The position numbers and the translations under genes were made by a program. A DNA stretch of 64,000 bases from Bacteroidaceae bacterium. GTDB lineage: Bacteria > Bacillota_I > Bacilli_A > Erysipelotrichales > Coprobacillaceae. Location of the stretch: contig CAVESC010000002.1 in assembly GCA_963618275.1 (NCBI GenBank), positions 531 through 64,530 on the forward strand, written 5' to 3'. Shown piece after piece: positions 32,352-43,270 of the stretch; within the stretch, counting starts at the first letter, position 1, and each line of letters opens with the position of its first letter. Under the pieces are notes generated by a model. The model had not been told where the DNA came from, ran no database searches, and saw only the letters and a program-made list of their open reading frames with translations.

Positions 32352-32748
32352 TTTTTTCCACCTCCAAAATCACTTTTATAAATTGTTCTAAATTTCCTTT
32401 TAATTGCTCTTCCATAAGTGCAATCTTCTTAGAAAGTTCCTCTATTTGTTCATTCATCTTACTAGAGATCTTAATCTCTTTTTTTCTTTCATCACTTTTA
32501 CAATGAACGATTTCTAAATAACCTTCATTACGTAATTTTTTGATTTGATCAGATAAAGTCGCTTTAGCGATATCTAATTCATGATGAAGTTCTGTCATAT
32601 TTGTTCCTTGTGGATGCTTTTTTCTAATGTACAATAAGATACAACTTTGATTCATAGAAAGATCATAATCTGCTAAGTATTTCTTTGCGAGTTCATCTGC
32701 TTCTACAAAAAACTTATGTAATTGAAAATAAGATTCTTCAATAGGCAT
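32344..32748 (-). CDS. MarR family transcriptional regulator
   Basis: KATLSDQIKKLRNEGYL...DERKK wHTH; first gene of the ABC exporter operon. Confidence 0.85.
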   Translation of the reverse strand: MPIEESYFQLHKFFVEADELAKKYLADYDLSMNQSCILLYIRKKHPQGTNMTELHHELDIAKATLSDQIKKLRNEGYLEIVHCKSDERKKEIKISSKMNEQIEELSKKIALMEEQLKGNLEQFIKVILEVEKND

Positions 32749-32772
32749 AATAGGCTCCTTTCTTTGAATTAT

Positions 32773-32797
32773 TTCGTACGTCGAACTGTTCGTACGT
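32773..32797. promoter_or_regulatory. Putative MarR operator
   Basis: TTCGTACGT occurs twice, with dyad TTCG-TACGT-CGAA, just upstream of the marR RBS. Confidence 0.55.
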
Positions 32798-32889
32798 GTA
32801 TATTCTATACGTTGATGCGTTGAAATTTAATTCTAAAGATGTTATCATTAATAAGAAATATTTATTAATATTAATAAAAGGAGATACTT

Positions 32890-33774
32890 ATGACTGAAAC
32901 ACAAATCGAATGTTTTCTCGCTGTTGCTAATCATTTAAACTTTGCGAGAGCGGCAGAAGAACTCAACATTTCTCAACCGGCAGTAACCCATCAAATTCAA
33001 ACATTAGAAGCCGAACTCAACATTAAATTATTCAAACGTTCTACCCGCTTTGTTTCTTTAACGGAAGAAGGAAATTATTTTCTTGATGATGCAAAATCAA
33101 TCCAACAAACCATGTTTCGTGCCAAAGCGCGTTTTTCAAATAATGACTATGAGATGTTGACAATAGGTTGTAGTAGTCCATCACAAATACAATTATTATC
33201 CAATGCACTTAAACAAATACGATGGCAGCATCCTCATATTCATCCACAATTTAGACATCTTACACAAAGTCAAATTCCCCATAGAATAGATGATGAAGTT
33301 ATAGATATTGCCTTTGGTCCTAAAATGGATATTACCTCACAAAAAAAAGTACTCTATCGAGAACTTTTTCAAATGTCCTTAAGTTGTGTTTGTCCTAAAG
33401 ATCATCCTGTTTCAAAACTAAAAAGTATTTCATTAAATGAAATACAAACACATAAATTAATTATCTATACACCTATTTCTGCTTCCTTTGAAATCACAAT
33501 GACGCAAAAGAAATTAATAGGAAATAAAAAAATTAATGAAACCTATCTTTGTGAGTTTTCTGAAGATGCAATTCTTTTAGTAGAAGCAGGTTATGGTATT
33601 GCGATTTTACCAGAAGCCTTTGTCCCTAAATGGGCAAATGTCTGTACGATTCCTATAGAAAATATTCATCAATTATCTTATGGAGCGTATTATAAAGCAC
33701 ATACTTCTAATAAAATGGTTTATGATTTTTTTAATCTCGTCAAAGAAACAGCTTTTGAAGAAGAATCAAAATAA
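32890..33774 (+). CDS. LysR family transcriptional regulator
   Basis: NFARAAEELNISQPAVTHQIQTLEAEL. Confidence 0.95.
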   Translation: MTETQIECFLAVANHLNFARAAEELNISQPAVTHQIQTLEAELNIKLFKRSTRFVSLTEEGNYFLDDAKSIQQTMFRAKARFSNNDYEMLTIGCSSPSQIQLLSNALKQIRWQHPHIHPQFRHLTQSQIPHRIDDEVIDIAFGPKMDITSQKKVLYRELFQMSLSCVCPKDHPVSKLKSISLNEIQTHKLIIYTPISASFEITMTQKKLIGNKKINETYLCEFSEDAILLVEAGYGIAILPEAFVPKWANVCTIPIENIHQLSYGAYYKAHTSNKMVYDFFNLVKETAFEEESK

Positions 33775-33883
33775 TTTTCATTAATAATGATTGTTTATTG
33801 ATAATAGTATTTTTTGATTGGATTCTCTTCTTTAATGTTATTAGAATGAAACTGAATTTAATAGATTAAATGGAGGAATTTAA

Positions 33884-34858
33884 ATGAAATACATTATTAC
33901 TGGGGTTGATGGAAAACTCGGTGGAAGAGTGGCAGAATTAATGCTTTCAGAAACAGAAGCTTCCAATTTGATTTTTACTTGCCCAAATCTTACTTGGTTA
34001 AATCAAGAGAAAAAAGAAAAATGGTTAAAACTAGGAGTTTCAATTAAACAAGCCAACTATGACAATGTTGAAGAAATGAAAGAAGCTTTTAAAGGTGGAG
34101 AGCGTATTTTTATTGTTTCGGCAGTTACTATTGGTGAAATACGTGTTCAACAACATCGAAATGTTGTTGATGCAGCTATTGCTTCAGGTGTCAAACACAT
34201 TACGTATACTTCTTTTTTAGGGGCTTCTGATCCAAGATATGCCCATGTTTATGTAACACCTGATCATACGGCAACAGAAGCTTATATTCGCGAATGTGCA
34301 AAGGAAACAGGAATTAAATATAATTTTATGCAAGACAATCTTTATCTTGAAAATTATCTTACAACTTCTGTAATGCTTGCATTGATGTCGGATAATAAAT
34401 GGTATACAACAGCAGGAGAAGGGAAGGCAACTTATGTTTGTAAAGATGATGTGGCACGAATGGCTACGGCTCTTCTTCTTGGTAAAGGGAAAGATAACGT
34501 CACATATAAAGTGTGTGGGAGTGAGTCTTTATCACAACGTGATTTAGCAGCGATGATTTCAGATTTATCAGGGCGTCAAATTGAATATTGTCCGGTAAGT
34601 CATGAAGAGTTCTATAAATATCTTGATTCCATGCATATTCCTAGAACAGCAACAGAAGATTTTTCTTTATCCCCTGTTCCATGGTGTGGGAATGATATGG
34701 TCACAAATGAAGGAAGTATTGCGGAAGGTTTGATGGATGTTGTTTCTCATGATATTGAAGAAGTAACAGGTCAAAAGCCTGCAACGGCACGTGAACTCGC
34801 TAAAAATTATGCTTACATTTGGGAAAATAATGTAAGACATTGGCGTGATATTAAATAA
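33884..34858 (+). CDS. NmrA-like / atypical SDR NAD(P)H-binding protein
   Basis: IITGVDGKLGG, QHRNVVDAA, HITYTSF, DHTATE. Confidence 0.88.
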   Translation: MKYIITGVDGKLGGRVAELMLSETEASNLIFTCPNLTWLNQEKKEKWLKLGVSIKQANYDNVEEMKEAFKGGERIFIVSAVTIGEIRVQQHRNVVDAAIASGVKHITYTSFLGASDPRYAHVYVTPDHTATEAYIRECAKETGIKYNFMQDNLYLENYLTTSVMLALMSDNKWYTTAGEGKATYVCKDDVARMATALLLGKGKDNVTYKVCGSESLSQRDLAAMISDLSGRQIEYCPVSHEEFYKYLDSMHIPRTATEDFSLSPVPWCGNDMVTNEGSIAEGLMDVVSHDIEEVTGQKPATARELAKNYAYIWENNVRHWRDIK

Positions 34859-34883
34859 TTCAGAGGGTTAAACCCTCTGATTT

Positions 34884-36107
34884 TTATTTTGTAATAAGTT
34901 CTTTGATAACATCCATAAAAACATGAACACCTAAAATAAGATCCTGTGGTTTTGTATATTCCTTAGGATTATGACTTATCCCTTTGACACTTGGGACAAA
35001 AATCATAGCTGTTGGACAAATACGAGCCATCATTTGGGCATCTTGTCCTGCTCCTGAAGTCATTCTTTTTGTAAGGATGCCTTTTTCTTTGGCTGTTTTT
35101 TCAATGGTTTTTACAATTTTTTCATCAAATAAAACAGGATCAAATTCTGTTAGACGTTCGGTTTTAATTTTTACTTGTTCCCTTTTTTCTAATTCTTTTA
35201 AATAAGTTGCAAGCTTTGTTTCATCTTGGTCTAAGTTTTCTTTATTTGAATTTCTTAAATCTATTGTAAAGATAGCTTTTGAAGGAATAACATTGATCGC
35301 ATTTGGTTCATATTTTATGGTACCTACCGTAGCGACTCCTTTTGATTTTTCGACGAGCTCTCGTAGAAAAATATTGACTTTGGCTGCAGCTAATCCAGCA
35401 TCTTTTCTAAGTGAAGTAGGTGTTGTTCCCGCATGATTAGCAACACCTTCTATTGTTATACGCTTCCAATGAATCCCTTGTAAATTTTCTACGGCTCCTA
35501 TAGAAATACCTTCAACATCCATGATTGGTCCTTGTTCAATATGTAATTCAAGAAAAGCATAAGGGGTAATAAATCCTGGTTTAACGGTTCCTTCATAACC
35601 GATTCTTTTTAATTCTTCACCAAGAATTGTTCCATCTGTACCAATCGTATCAAGGGCTTCTTTGACATCAAGACCACCTGCATAAACAAGAGATCCCATC
35701 ATATCAGGGGAATAACGTACTCCCTCTTCATTTGTAAAGGCAACAACGATAAGGGGTCTTTTGGTCACAACTTTTTGTTCTTTTAAAGATTTAATCACTT
35801 CTATTCCAGCAATCACCCCATAACACCCATCATATTGCCCTGCATTAATAACGGTATCAATATGAGAACCTATCATAATAGGCTTTTGTTCCTTATTTTC
35901 CTTTGTTTCCCATATTCCAAAAATATTTCCAATCGTATCAACAACAATCGATAATCCTGCCTCTTTCATCCATTCAACAATCTTATCTCTTGCTAATCGA
36001 TCCTCATTTGAAGCAGCTAAACGGGTTCTTTTTCCTGCTGGATCAATTCCTATTTTCCCTAATTCATCAATGCGATTTAATAATCTTTCTTCATCCATTT
36101 TAATCAT
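34884..36107 (-). CDS. M20 Zn-dependent N-carbamoyl-L-amino acid / allantoate amidohydrolase family protein
   Basis: GSHIDTV, YDG, NEEG, ELHIEQG, NHAGTTP, SGAGQDA, SHNPKE. Confidence 0.92.
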   Translation of the reverse strand: MIKMDEERLLNRIDELGKIGIDPAGKRTRLAASNEDRLARDKIVEWMKEAGLSIVVDTIGNIFGIWETKENKEQKPIMIGSHIDTVINAGQYDGCYGVIAGIEVIKSLKEQKVVTKRPLIVVAFTNEEGVRYSPDMMGSLVYAGGLDVKEALDTIGTDGTILGEELKRIGYEGTVKPGFITPYAFLELHIEQGPIMDVEGISIGAVENLQGIHWKRITIEGVANHAGTTPTSLRKDAGLAAAKVNIFLRELVEKSKGVATVGTIKYEPNAINVIPSKAIFTIDLRNSNKENLDQDETKLATYLKELEKREQVKIKTERLTEFDPVLFDEKIVKTIEKTAKEKGILTKRMTSGAGQDAQMMARICPTAMIFVPSVKGISHNPKEYTKPQDLILGVHVFMDVIKELITK

Positions 36108-37299
36108 CCTCTATACTTGGATAAGCACCATCCCACACAATTTTTCGATAATTCTTTTGATCTGTATCGCCCTCTGTCGAAAAACATAAAATCTTAGAGT
36201 GTGCATTTAATCCAATCTCTTTCTTTAATCCTTTTAATTCTTTTTTCATGAACATTTCAACTACAAGTCCCATTGTAGCGGCACCACTTTCTCCCGATAT
36301 AATGGCTTCATCCCCCATTAGAGGATTTCCTAAAACACGCATTCCTTTGGCAGAAATGTTATCTGGTATAGAAATAAAAAAATCTACGTAACGTTGAAGC
36401 ATTTCCCATCCAATGGTACAAGGTTTTCCACAGGCAAGACCTGCCATAATGGTTGGCATTTCACCTTTAACAAGATGGAGGGTTCCATCATGAGCTTTAG
36501 CTGTACGATAAATACAGTTTGCTTTATGGGGTTCTACAACAATTATTTTAGGCTTTTTCTCTTTATAATAATCGGCGAAGAAAGCACTCAAAGCACCTGA
36601 CATAGCACCGACACCTGCTTGCAAGAAAATATGTGTGGGGATGTCTTTCATTTGTTTGACGGCTTCAAGAGCCATGGTAGTATAACCTTGCATAATCCAT
36701 GTTGGAATCTTTTCATAGCCTTGCCAAGAGGTATCTTGTACAAGAACCCAGCCTTTTGTTTTTTCACATTTTGCAGCAAGTTCTACGGTTTCGTCATAAT
36801 TACCATCGGTAATTTTAGCTTGTGCGCCGAGTTGACGAATATGTTCAAGACGCTCTTGACTACTTCCTTTTGGCATATAAACAACTGCTTGTAAACCAAA
36901 TTGTTGAACACTCCAAGCAATTCCTCTTCCATGATTTCCATCTGTTGCGGTGACAAAAGTAAGATTTTTTACGTGTTCTTTTATGTTATCTTGTTTCAAA
37001 GTCATATAGCTTAACTGATGGGCAGGTATATGACAGACTTCCCCAAGATACTTCCCTATACAATAACTTCCACCTAATCCTTTAAATGCATTTAAACCAA
37101 ACCGTTTGCTTTCGTCTTTGACATAAATCTTAGATACTCCAAGAAACGTAGCGAGATGAGTCAGCTTTTTTAAAGGTGTTTTTTGATAGTTTGGAAAAGA
37201 TTGATGATATTTGATGACGTGCTTTGCACAGTCTTTTCCAAAGAGCTGAGCTTCTTTACTATAAGAAGTAACGGCTTGATTTTTATAGCTTTTTATCAT
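36100..37299 (-). CDS. dpaL: Diaminopropionate ammonia-lyase
   Basis: KDESKRFGLNAFKGLG, ATDGNHG, QDTSW.GY, QAGVG, TIMAGLACG, SGESGA, STEGDTD. Confidence 0.92.
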   Translation of the reverse strand: MIKSYKNQAVTSYSKEAQLFGKDCAKHVIKYHQSFPNYQKTPLKKLTHLATFLGVSKIYVKDESKRFGLNAFKGLGGSYCIGKYLGEVCHIPAHQLSYMTLKQDNIKEHVKNLTFVTATDGNHGRGIAWSVQQFGLQAVVYMPKGSSQERLEHIRQLGAQAKITDGNYDETVELAAKCEKTKGWVLVQDTSWQGYEKIPTWIMQGYTTMALEAVKQMKDIPTHIFLQAGVGAMSGALSAFFADYYKEKKPKIIVVEPHKANCIYRTAKAHDGTLHLVKGEMPTIMAGLACGKPCTIGWEMLQRYVDFFISIPDNISAKGMRVLGNPLMGDEAIISGESGAATMGLVVEMFMKKELKGLKKEIGLNAHSKILCFSTEGDTDQKNYRKIVWDGAYPSIEDD

Positions 37300-37400
37300 T
37301 TTATTAATCCTCCTTTCCTTTGTAATTATATTGACACAATAGAAAAGATAATATAATAATAGTATTAAATTTTATAATTATATTGACTAAGGAGAGTAGA

Positions 37401-38315
37401 ATGCAGATATACGATATACCTTTTGATCAAAATCATATGGAAACAACACATCATGGAAACCTTTCTTTTCCACTAGCCATCTATACGACACAAATAAGTA
37501 AAAATATCTTAGGATATATAGATTGGCATTGGCATCATGAATTACAGTTTTGTGTGGTGATTCATGGGGAAGTAGAATTTTATATTAATCAAAATCATTT
37601 TATTTTAAAAGAAGGGGAAGGAATCTTTATTAATACAGAACAACTCCATATGGCAAAAAATTATAATAAAGCAGATAGTACCTATATTTGTCTTGATCTA
37701 GATGCATGCTTAATTAGTGGCTTTATGGGAAGTATCATACAAATTAAATATGTCGATCCTTATTTGAAGAATTCTAAAATGACCTATTGTCTGCTTCAAA
37801 GGGAAGTGTCTTGGCAAGCAAAAATTCTTGATCTTCTTTTATCAATCAATCAGCTCTATCATGAAAGTCATCGTGATGAAATGAAAATAAGTATTGAACT
37901 TGCGACGATATGGCACCTACTTGTTTCATCTTATAATGAAACAAATAATCCATCAAAAGCGACGATTTCTTTACAAGTGAGGCAAATATTGGCCTATATT
38001 CGTAAAAACTATGCATCACAAATTACTTTGGAACAAATCGCTCAACAGGTTGGACTTGCTAGAAGTACGTGTTGTCGGGAATTTAAGAAACAGATGGGCT
38101 GTACGCTGTTTGAATATATTTTAAATGTTCGTTTACAAGAAGCTTCACGTTTATTGCTTACATCAAATTTAAGTATTACGGAGATTGCACTCTGTTGTGG
38201 ATTTAATAATGGAAGTTATTTTACAAAGGAATTTAAAAAGAAAACAGGATTTTCGCCTTCTGTGTACCGACAAAAAAACATTGAAATAAAAAACACTATT
38301 CTTTCTACTATTTAA
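37401..38315 (+). CDS. AraC family transcriptional regulator
   Basis: DWHWHHELQ cupin motif and C-terminal double HTH; AAGGAG RBS before ATG 37401. Confidence 0.92.
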   Translation: MQIYDIPFDQNHMETTHHGNLSFPLAIYTTQISKNILGYIDWHWHHELQFCVVIHGEVEFYINQNHFILKEGEGIFINTEQLHMAKNYNKADSTYICLDLDACLISGFMGSIIQIKYVDPYLKNSKMTYCLLQREVSWQAKILDLLLSINQLYHESHRDEMKISIELATIWHLLVSSYNETNNPSKATISLQVRQILAYIRKNYASQITLEQIAQQVGLARSTCCREFKKQMGCTLFEYILNVRLQEASRLLLTSNLSITEIALCCGFNNGSYFTKEFKKKTGFSPSVYRQKNIEIKNTILSTI

Positions 38316-38433
38316 GAGGAATAGTGTGTTTTTTTGTATACTTTCGATATTTTTTTATTGTCTTGATATTTTTTTCTTTGACATTAGTGCTGTTTCGTTG
38401 TAATTTATTACTATACAAGAAAGGAGAATTCAT

Positions 38434-39132
38434 GTGAATGGTTTCTTAGGAGGATTAGGACAATACATAGGAAGATTTAATCAAGCTTTTATTATTACCA
38501 TTGAATTGTCTATTTTATCGCTTTTAATTGCGACAATTATTGGGATTGTTGTTGGTTTGATTAATACTTCAAAAAGTAAGTCCTTGCTTATAAAAGTATT
38601 AAAAGCTATTGGGAATCTATATATATATATTATTAGAGGAACCCCAATGCTTGTACAAATCTTAATTATTTATTTTGGTTTAGCCCAAGTATTAAGACCT
38701 ACAGGGTTTAGTTGGATTAATGTTGGCGGAACATTTTGTGCCGGTACTGTTGCTTTATCTTTAAATGCAGGAGCATATATGGCAGAAATTGTAAGAGCGG
38801 GGATTGAAGCTGTTGATGTTGGACAAATTGAAGCAGCGAGATCACTTGGTTTACCTTATAGTAAAACAATGAAAAAAATTGTTTTACCTCAAGCTTTAAG
38901 AACGATGTTACCCTCAATTATTAATCAATTTATTATTTCTATTAAAGATACATCATTGTTATCAGCAATTGGTCTTGCTGAACTTACCAATATTGGTAAA
39001 ACAATTGCTTCAAGTCAATCAAGTCAAATTATGGCGGTTTATTGTTTGATGGCTTGTTATTATTTGATTATGTGTACTCTTCTTGCAAAAGTCGCAAAAA
39101 TTGCGGAAAAGAGGTTATCTTATGGAAAATAA
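38434..39132 (+). CDS. Polar amino acid ABC transporter permease
   Basis: [35 protein letters not shown]. Confidence 0.95.
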   Translation: MNGFLGGLGQYIGRFNQAFIITIELSILSLLIATIIGIVVGLINTSKSKSLLIKVLKAIGNLYIYIIRGTPMLVQILIIYFGLAQVLRPTGFSWINVGGTFCAGTVALSLNAGAYMAEIVRAGIEAVDVGQIEAARSLGLPYSKTMKKIVLPQALRTMLPSIINQFIISIKDTSLLSAIGLAELTNIGKTIASSQSSQIMAVYCLMACYYLIMCTLLAKVAKIAEKRLSYGK

Positions 39133-39856
39133 AAAAGTGTCTGTTAAAAATTTAAAAAAGAGTTTTGGTTCTTTAGAAGTATTAAAAGATATTTCTTTAG
39201 ATATTGATGAAGGAGAAGTGATTTGTTTGATTGGTCCTTCAGGATCAGGAAAATCAACATTTTTAAGATGTTTAAATCGTTTAGAAGAAATAACAAGTGG
39301 TAGTGTAGTTGTTGATGGTCAAGATATTACTAATCCTAAATTAGATATCAATAAGATAAGAGAAAATATAGGTATGGTGTTCCAACATTTTAATCTTTTT
39401 CCACATATGACGGTAAAAGAAAATATTATGTTAGCGCCTGTTGAACTTAAAAAGATGTCTAAAGAAGAAGCGGAAAAGACAGCTCTTCAATTATTAGAAA
39501 GAGTGGGATTAAAAGATAAAGCAGAAAGTTATCCAAATCAGTTATCTGGGGGACAAAAACAAAGGGTAGCGATTGCTCGTGCTTTGGCTATGAAACCAGA
39601 TATCATGTTATTTGATGAACCCACAAGTGCTTTAGATCCAGAAATGGTAGGAGAAGTTTTAACGGTTATGAAGGATCTTGCCAAACAAGGTATGACGATG
39701 GTTGTCGTTACTCATGAAATGGGATTTGCTAGAGAAGTAAGTTCAAAAGTTATTTTTATGGATGGTGGCTATATTGTAGAACAAGGGGATCCTTATGAAG
39801 TTATTAATCATCCAAAGCAACAAAGAACGATTGATTTTTTGAATAAGGTATTATAG
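39122..39856 (+). CDS. Polar amino acid ABC transporter ATP-binding protein (GlnQ-like)
   Basis: [28 protein letters not shown]. Confidence 0.95.
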   Translation: MENKKVSVKNLKKSFGSLEVLKDISLDIDEGEVICLIGPSGSGKSTFLRCLNRLEEITSGSVVVDGQDITNPKLDINKIRENIGMVFQHFNLFPHMTVKENIMLAPVELKKMSKEEAEKTALQLLERVGLKDKAESYPNQLSGGQKQRVAIARALAMKPDIMLFDEPTSALDPEMVGEVLTVMKDLAKQGMTMVVVTHEMGFAREVSSKVIFMDGGYIVEQGDPYEVINHPKQQRTIDFLNKVL

Positions 39857-39896
39857 ATATCGTCACCTAGGTGTTGATATATAAAGAAAAGGGGAA

Positions 39897-40664
39897 ATGA
39901 GTATGAAAATGAAGAAATTAGGTGCTTTAATGTTAGCTGGTTTAATGGCTATTTCATTAACTGGCTGTGGTGGAGGAAGTTCGAGCAGTAGTGAAGAAAA
40001 AACGTATATTATTGCAACAGATAAAACATATCCACCATTTGAAATGGAAGATGATTCTGGTAAATTAATTGGGGTCGATATGGATTTAATAAGAGCTATT
40101 GCTAAAGATCAAAATTTTAAAATTAAAATTAATTCATTAGGGTTTGATGCAGCTTGTACAGCACTTGAATCAGGGGAAGCAGATGCTGTTATTGCTGGGA
40201 TGACAATTACAGATGCACGTAAAGAAAAATATGATTTTTCTGATGAATATTATGAAACAGGGGTTTCAATGGGTGTTGCTAAAGATTCTGGAATTAAAGG
40301 TTATGATGATTTAAAAGGTAAAACAGTGGTTGCTAAAACAAGTACAGCTGGGTTACAATTTGCAGAATCTATTAAAGATAAATATGGTTTTAATTTAGAA
40401 GTTGTTGAAGAATCAACATTTATGTTTGAAAAAGTGAAATCTGGTGAAGCTGTTGCTTGTTTTGAAGATACTCCAGTATTAAAATATATGATTAAAACAG
40501 GTGAATTGGATTTTGATACTCCTTGTGGTAATGAAAATCCTGCTTATTATGGATTTGCTGTATTAAAAGGTGAAAATAAAACATTATTAAAGAAATTTAA
40601 TAAAGGTTTAGCAAACTTAAAGAAAAATGGTAAATATGATAAGATCTTGGCAAAATATGAATAA
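39897..40664 (+). CDS. Polar amino acid ABC transporter substrate-binding lipoprotein
   Basis: Lipobox LTGC, YPPFE, GMTITDARK. Confidence 0.93.
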   Translation: MSMKMKKLGALMLAGLMAISLTGCGGGSSSSSEEKTYIIATDKTYPPFEMEDDSGKLIGVDMDLIRAIAKDQNFKIKINSLGFDAACTALESGEADAVIAGMTITDARKEKYDFSDEYYETGVSMGVAKDSGIKGYDDLKGKTVVAKTSTAGLQFAESIKDKYGFNLEVVEESTFMFEKVKSGEAVACFEDTPVLKYMIKTGELDFDTPCGNENPAYYGFAVLKGENKTLLKKFNKGLANLKKNGKYDKILAKYE

Positions 40665-40671
40665 TCCCTGT

Positions 40672-40700
40672 TAACTGTAGCTTAAGCTACAGTTTTTTTT
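40672..40700 (+). terminator. Intrinsic terminator
   Basis: AACTGTAGC/GCTACAGTT stem followed by a T tract. Confidence 0.8.
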
Positions 40701-40746
40701 AACAAAAATAGCAAAAAAAGACAATCTACATAAGTAGGTATAAAAT

Positions 40747-40983
40747 ATGCTAGAAGAACATTTAGAATTTTGCAGAAGAGCGTTGACAGAAACTCTCATT
40801 CTAGCAAGAGTGGCTAAATCATGTGTAGAGGATAGTATATCTATTATTGTTAAAAAAGATGGTCCCAAATTCAAAAATGATTTAAAATTTGATATAGATA
40901 TTCCTCATAAAGGAAGAATTAAAGTTTATAATATAGATGATTTAGAATTTGTTATTTCTACAAATAAGTCTAATTTAATTTAA
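40747..40983 (+). CDS. Small hypothetical protein (78 aa)
   Basis: AGGT upstream of ATG; plausible composition; no recognisable motif. Confidence 0.5.
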   Translation: MLEEHLEFCRRALTETLILARVAKSCVEDSISIIVKKDGPKFKNDLKFDIDIPHKGRIKVYNIDDLEFVISTNKSNLI

Positions 40984-41168
40984 AAAATTCGAATGAAGAT
41001 AAAGAACATAATTAATTTGGATTGTTTTAATAAAAGGTACGGAGATAAAGTAATTTTTATAGTATTTATGTCCCAAAATTATATGTAAGTTTACCACATT
41101 TTTACACACTCCTCACACTCTACTATGCAAAAAAATGGGTATGATATAAGTGTCAGGAGGAGATAGAC

Positions 41169-43103
41169 ATGAAAAAGAAATTATCAGTAATTATCAGTGT
41201 AATTTGCATTATTGTTTCCTTAGGATCTATTTCAGGAACTTTGTATTATGCTAAAAATCATAATACATCTTCTATGCAACAAGTAGGAGGAACACCTCTT
41301 TCAATGCCAAGTCAAGGAGATAACAATTCTCAAAACAATAATCAAAGTAATTCTCAACAAAATAATGAATCTAATCAACAAGGTTCATCTGAAAATAGTA
41401 ACCAAAGTACAAATGATCAAGCAAATTCAAATCAAAATTCAGGTGATCAATCAAATGAAAATTCAAATTCACAAGCACCTAATCAAAATGGACAAGCACC
41501 AAGTGGTATGCCTAATTCAAATGGTAACCAACAAAACGGGCAAAACAATAATCAGCAAAGTATGCCTGGACAAAATAGTAATCAATCAAGTCAAATAGAT
41601 CAAGGTATGAGTTTATCAAGTCAATCTTTATCTGTTTTACAAATCGTTATTATTAGTATAAGTGTTCTTGTACTTATGCTTGCGATAACTTATTTGATTA
41701 TGAGTAAATTTGGAAGCAAGACACTCGCTGAAACATTCTATGGAGCAAAACCTACAGCAATCTATGCTGTTATCAATGTTGTAGGAACAATCTTACTTGT
41801 TGTTGCTCTTGTATTATCAAGTAATGCTTTGTTATTTAATAATGCTTCATCAAATAATACATCACAAATAACAACAGAAGGAGTTGTTAATGTTTCTGAT
41901 AGTCAAGAATTATCAAATAAAACATTATCATCCACTTCTTCAGATGAATCCGCCATTGCTGTAAACAATGGCGGTTCATTGAATGCTAAAGGTTTAACGA
42001 TTTCTAAATCTGGTGATTCTTCAAATACTGAAAATAGTGAATTTTATGGTTTAAATGCGGCTGTCCTTGTACAAAAAGAAAGTGAAGCAACCATTAAAGA
42101 TACAACCATTAAAACAAGTGCCACAGGTGCTAATGCTATTTTCTCTACAGGAGAAAATGCAACCATCAATGTAAGTAATACAAAAATTACCACAACTGGT
42201 GATTCATCTCGTGGTTTAGATGCGACTTATGGTGGAACCATTAACGCTAATAAAGTAACAATCAATACCAGTGGCCAACATTGTGCTGCTGTTGCCACTG
42301 ATCGTGGCGAAGGAACAGTTACTGTTAAAAATTCAACTTTAAATACAAATGGAAAAGGTTCACCTTGTGTTTATTCAACAGGTACAATTTCTGTTTCTAA
42401 TTCTAAAGGAACTGCCACTGATTCTTCATGTGCCGTTATTGAAGGTAAAAACAGTATTACTTTAAATAACACAAAACTTACAAGTTATGGTATAGGTCGT
42501 GTGGATGATGGAATTGATAATTGTGGTGTTATGATTTATCAAAGTATGTCTGGAGATGCTAGTGAAGGAACGGGAACATTCAGTGCTACTGATTCAACTC
42601 TTTCAATTTCTAAAAAATCAAAAGTATATAAAACATCTCCAATGTTCTTCATTACGAATACAGATGCAGTGATTAACTTAGAAAATACAAAATTAAATTA
42701 TGGAAGTAATCAATTAGTTGCTGTTTCTGGTAATGATGGTGAATGGGGTAGTCAAGGAAGTAATGGTGGAAACTTAACATTTAATGCGACAAACCAAACA
42801 TTAAATGGAAATATTAGTGTTGATAATATTTCTACTGCTTCTTTTGTTTTAAAAAGCTCAACTCTTACAAGTATGATCAATAGTGAAAATAACGCTAAAG
42901 AAGTCAACTTATCTTTAGATAGTTCTTCTAAATGGGTCGTTACTGGAGATAGTTATGTTACTACTTTAACTTTAGAAAACAATGATTTATCTTTAATTGA
43001 AGATAATGGTCATACTATTTATTATGATGCTTCTGCTAATAGTTGGTTAAATGGACAAACTATTACATTATCTAATGGTGGAACATTAACTCCAATGAAA
43101 TAG
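41169..43103 (+). CDS. Membrane-anchored protein with N/Q-rich linker and C-terminal beta-helix-like domain
   Basis: AGGAGG RBS; N-terminal TM, N/Q/S low-complexity segment, two more TMs, S/T/N/G-rich repetitive beta domain ending ...W.VTGDS.V..L. Confidence 0.75.
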   Translation: MKKKLSVIISVICIIVSLGSISGTLYYAKNHNTSSMQQVGGTPLSMPSQGDNNSQNNNQSNSQQNNESNQQGSSENSNQSTNDQANSNQNSGDQSNENSNSQAPNQNGQAPSGMPNSNGNQQNGQNNNQQSMPGQNSNQSSQIDQGMSLSSQSLSVLQIVIISISVLVLMLAITYLIMSKFGSKTLAETFYGAKPTAIYAVINVVGTILLVVALVLSSNALLFNNASSNNTSQITTEGVVNVSDSQELSNKTLSSTSSDESAIAVNNGGSLNAKGLTISKSGDSSNTENSEFYGLNAAVLVQKESEATIKDTTIKTSATGANAIFSTGENATINVSNTKITTTGDSSRGLDATYGGTINANKVTINTSGQHCAAVATDRGEGTVTVKNSTLNTNGKGSPCVYSTGTISVSNSKGTATDSSCAVIEGKNSITLNNTKLTSYGIGRVDDGIDNCGVMIYQSMSGDASEGTGTFSATDSTLSISKKSKVYKTSPMFFITNTDAVINLENTKLNYGSNQLVAVSGNDGEWGSQGSNGGNLTFNATNQTLNGNISVDNISTASFVLKSSTLTSMINSENNAKEVNLSLDSSSKWVVTGDSYVTTLTLENNDLSLIEDNGHTIYYDASANSWLNGQTITLSNGGTLTPMK

Positions 43104-43270
43104 ATACAAGACAGCACAAAATGTGCTGTTTTTAATTCTAGAACAAGTAGCTTCTAGAAAAAATTAATAATAAAAGATGCCTATAAAAACTCGTTTAAAC
43201 GTTATTGACTAATGAATATCAATAAAAAAGATGTTAAAATACTCTAAACAAAAGAGGGACAGACATATTT

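Noticed and set aside
32890..38315. Apparently higher-GC block suggesting a mobile island
   Set aside because: Visual impression only; GC was not computed, and no integrase, transposase or att repeats were found
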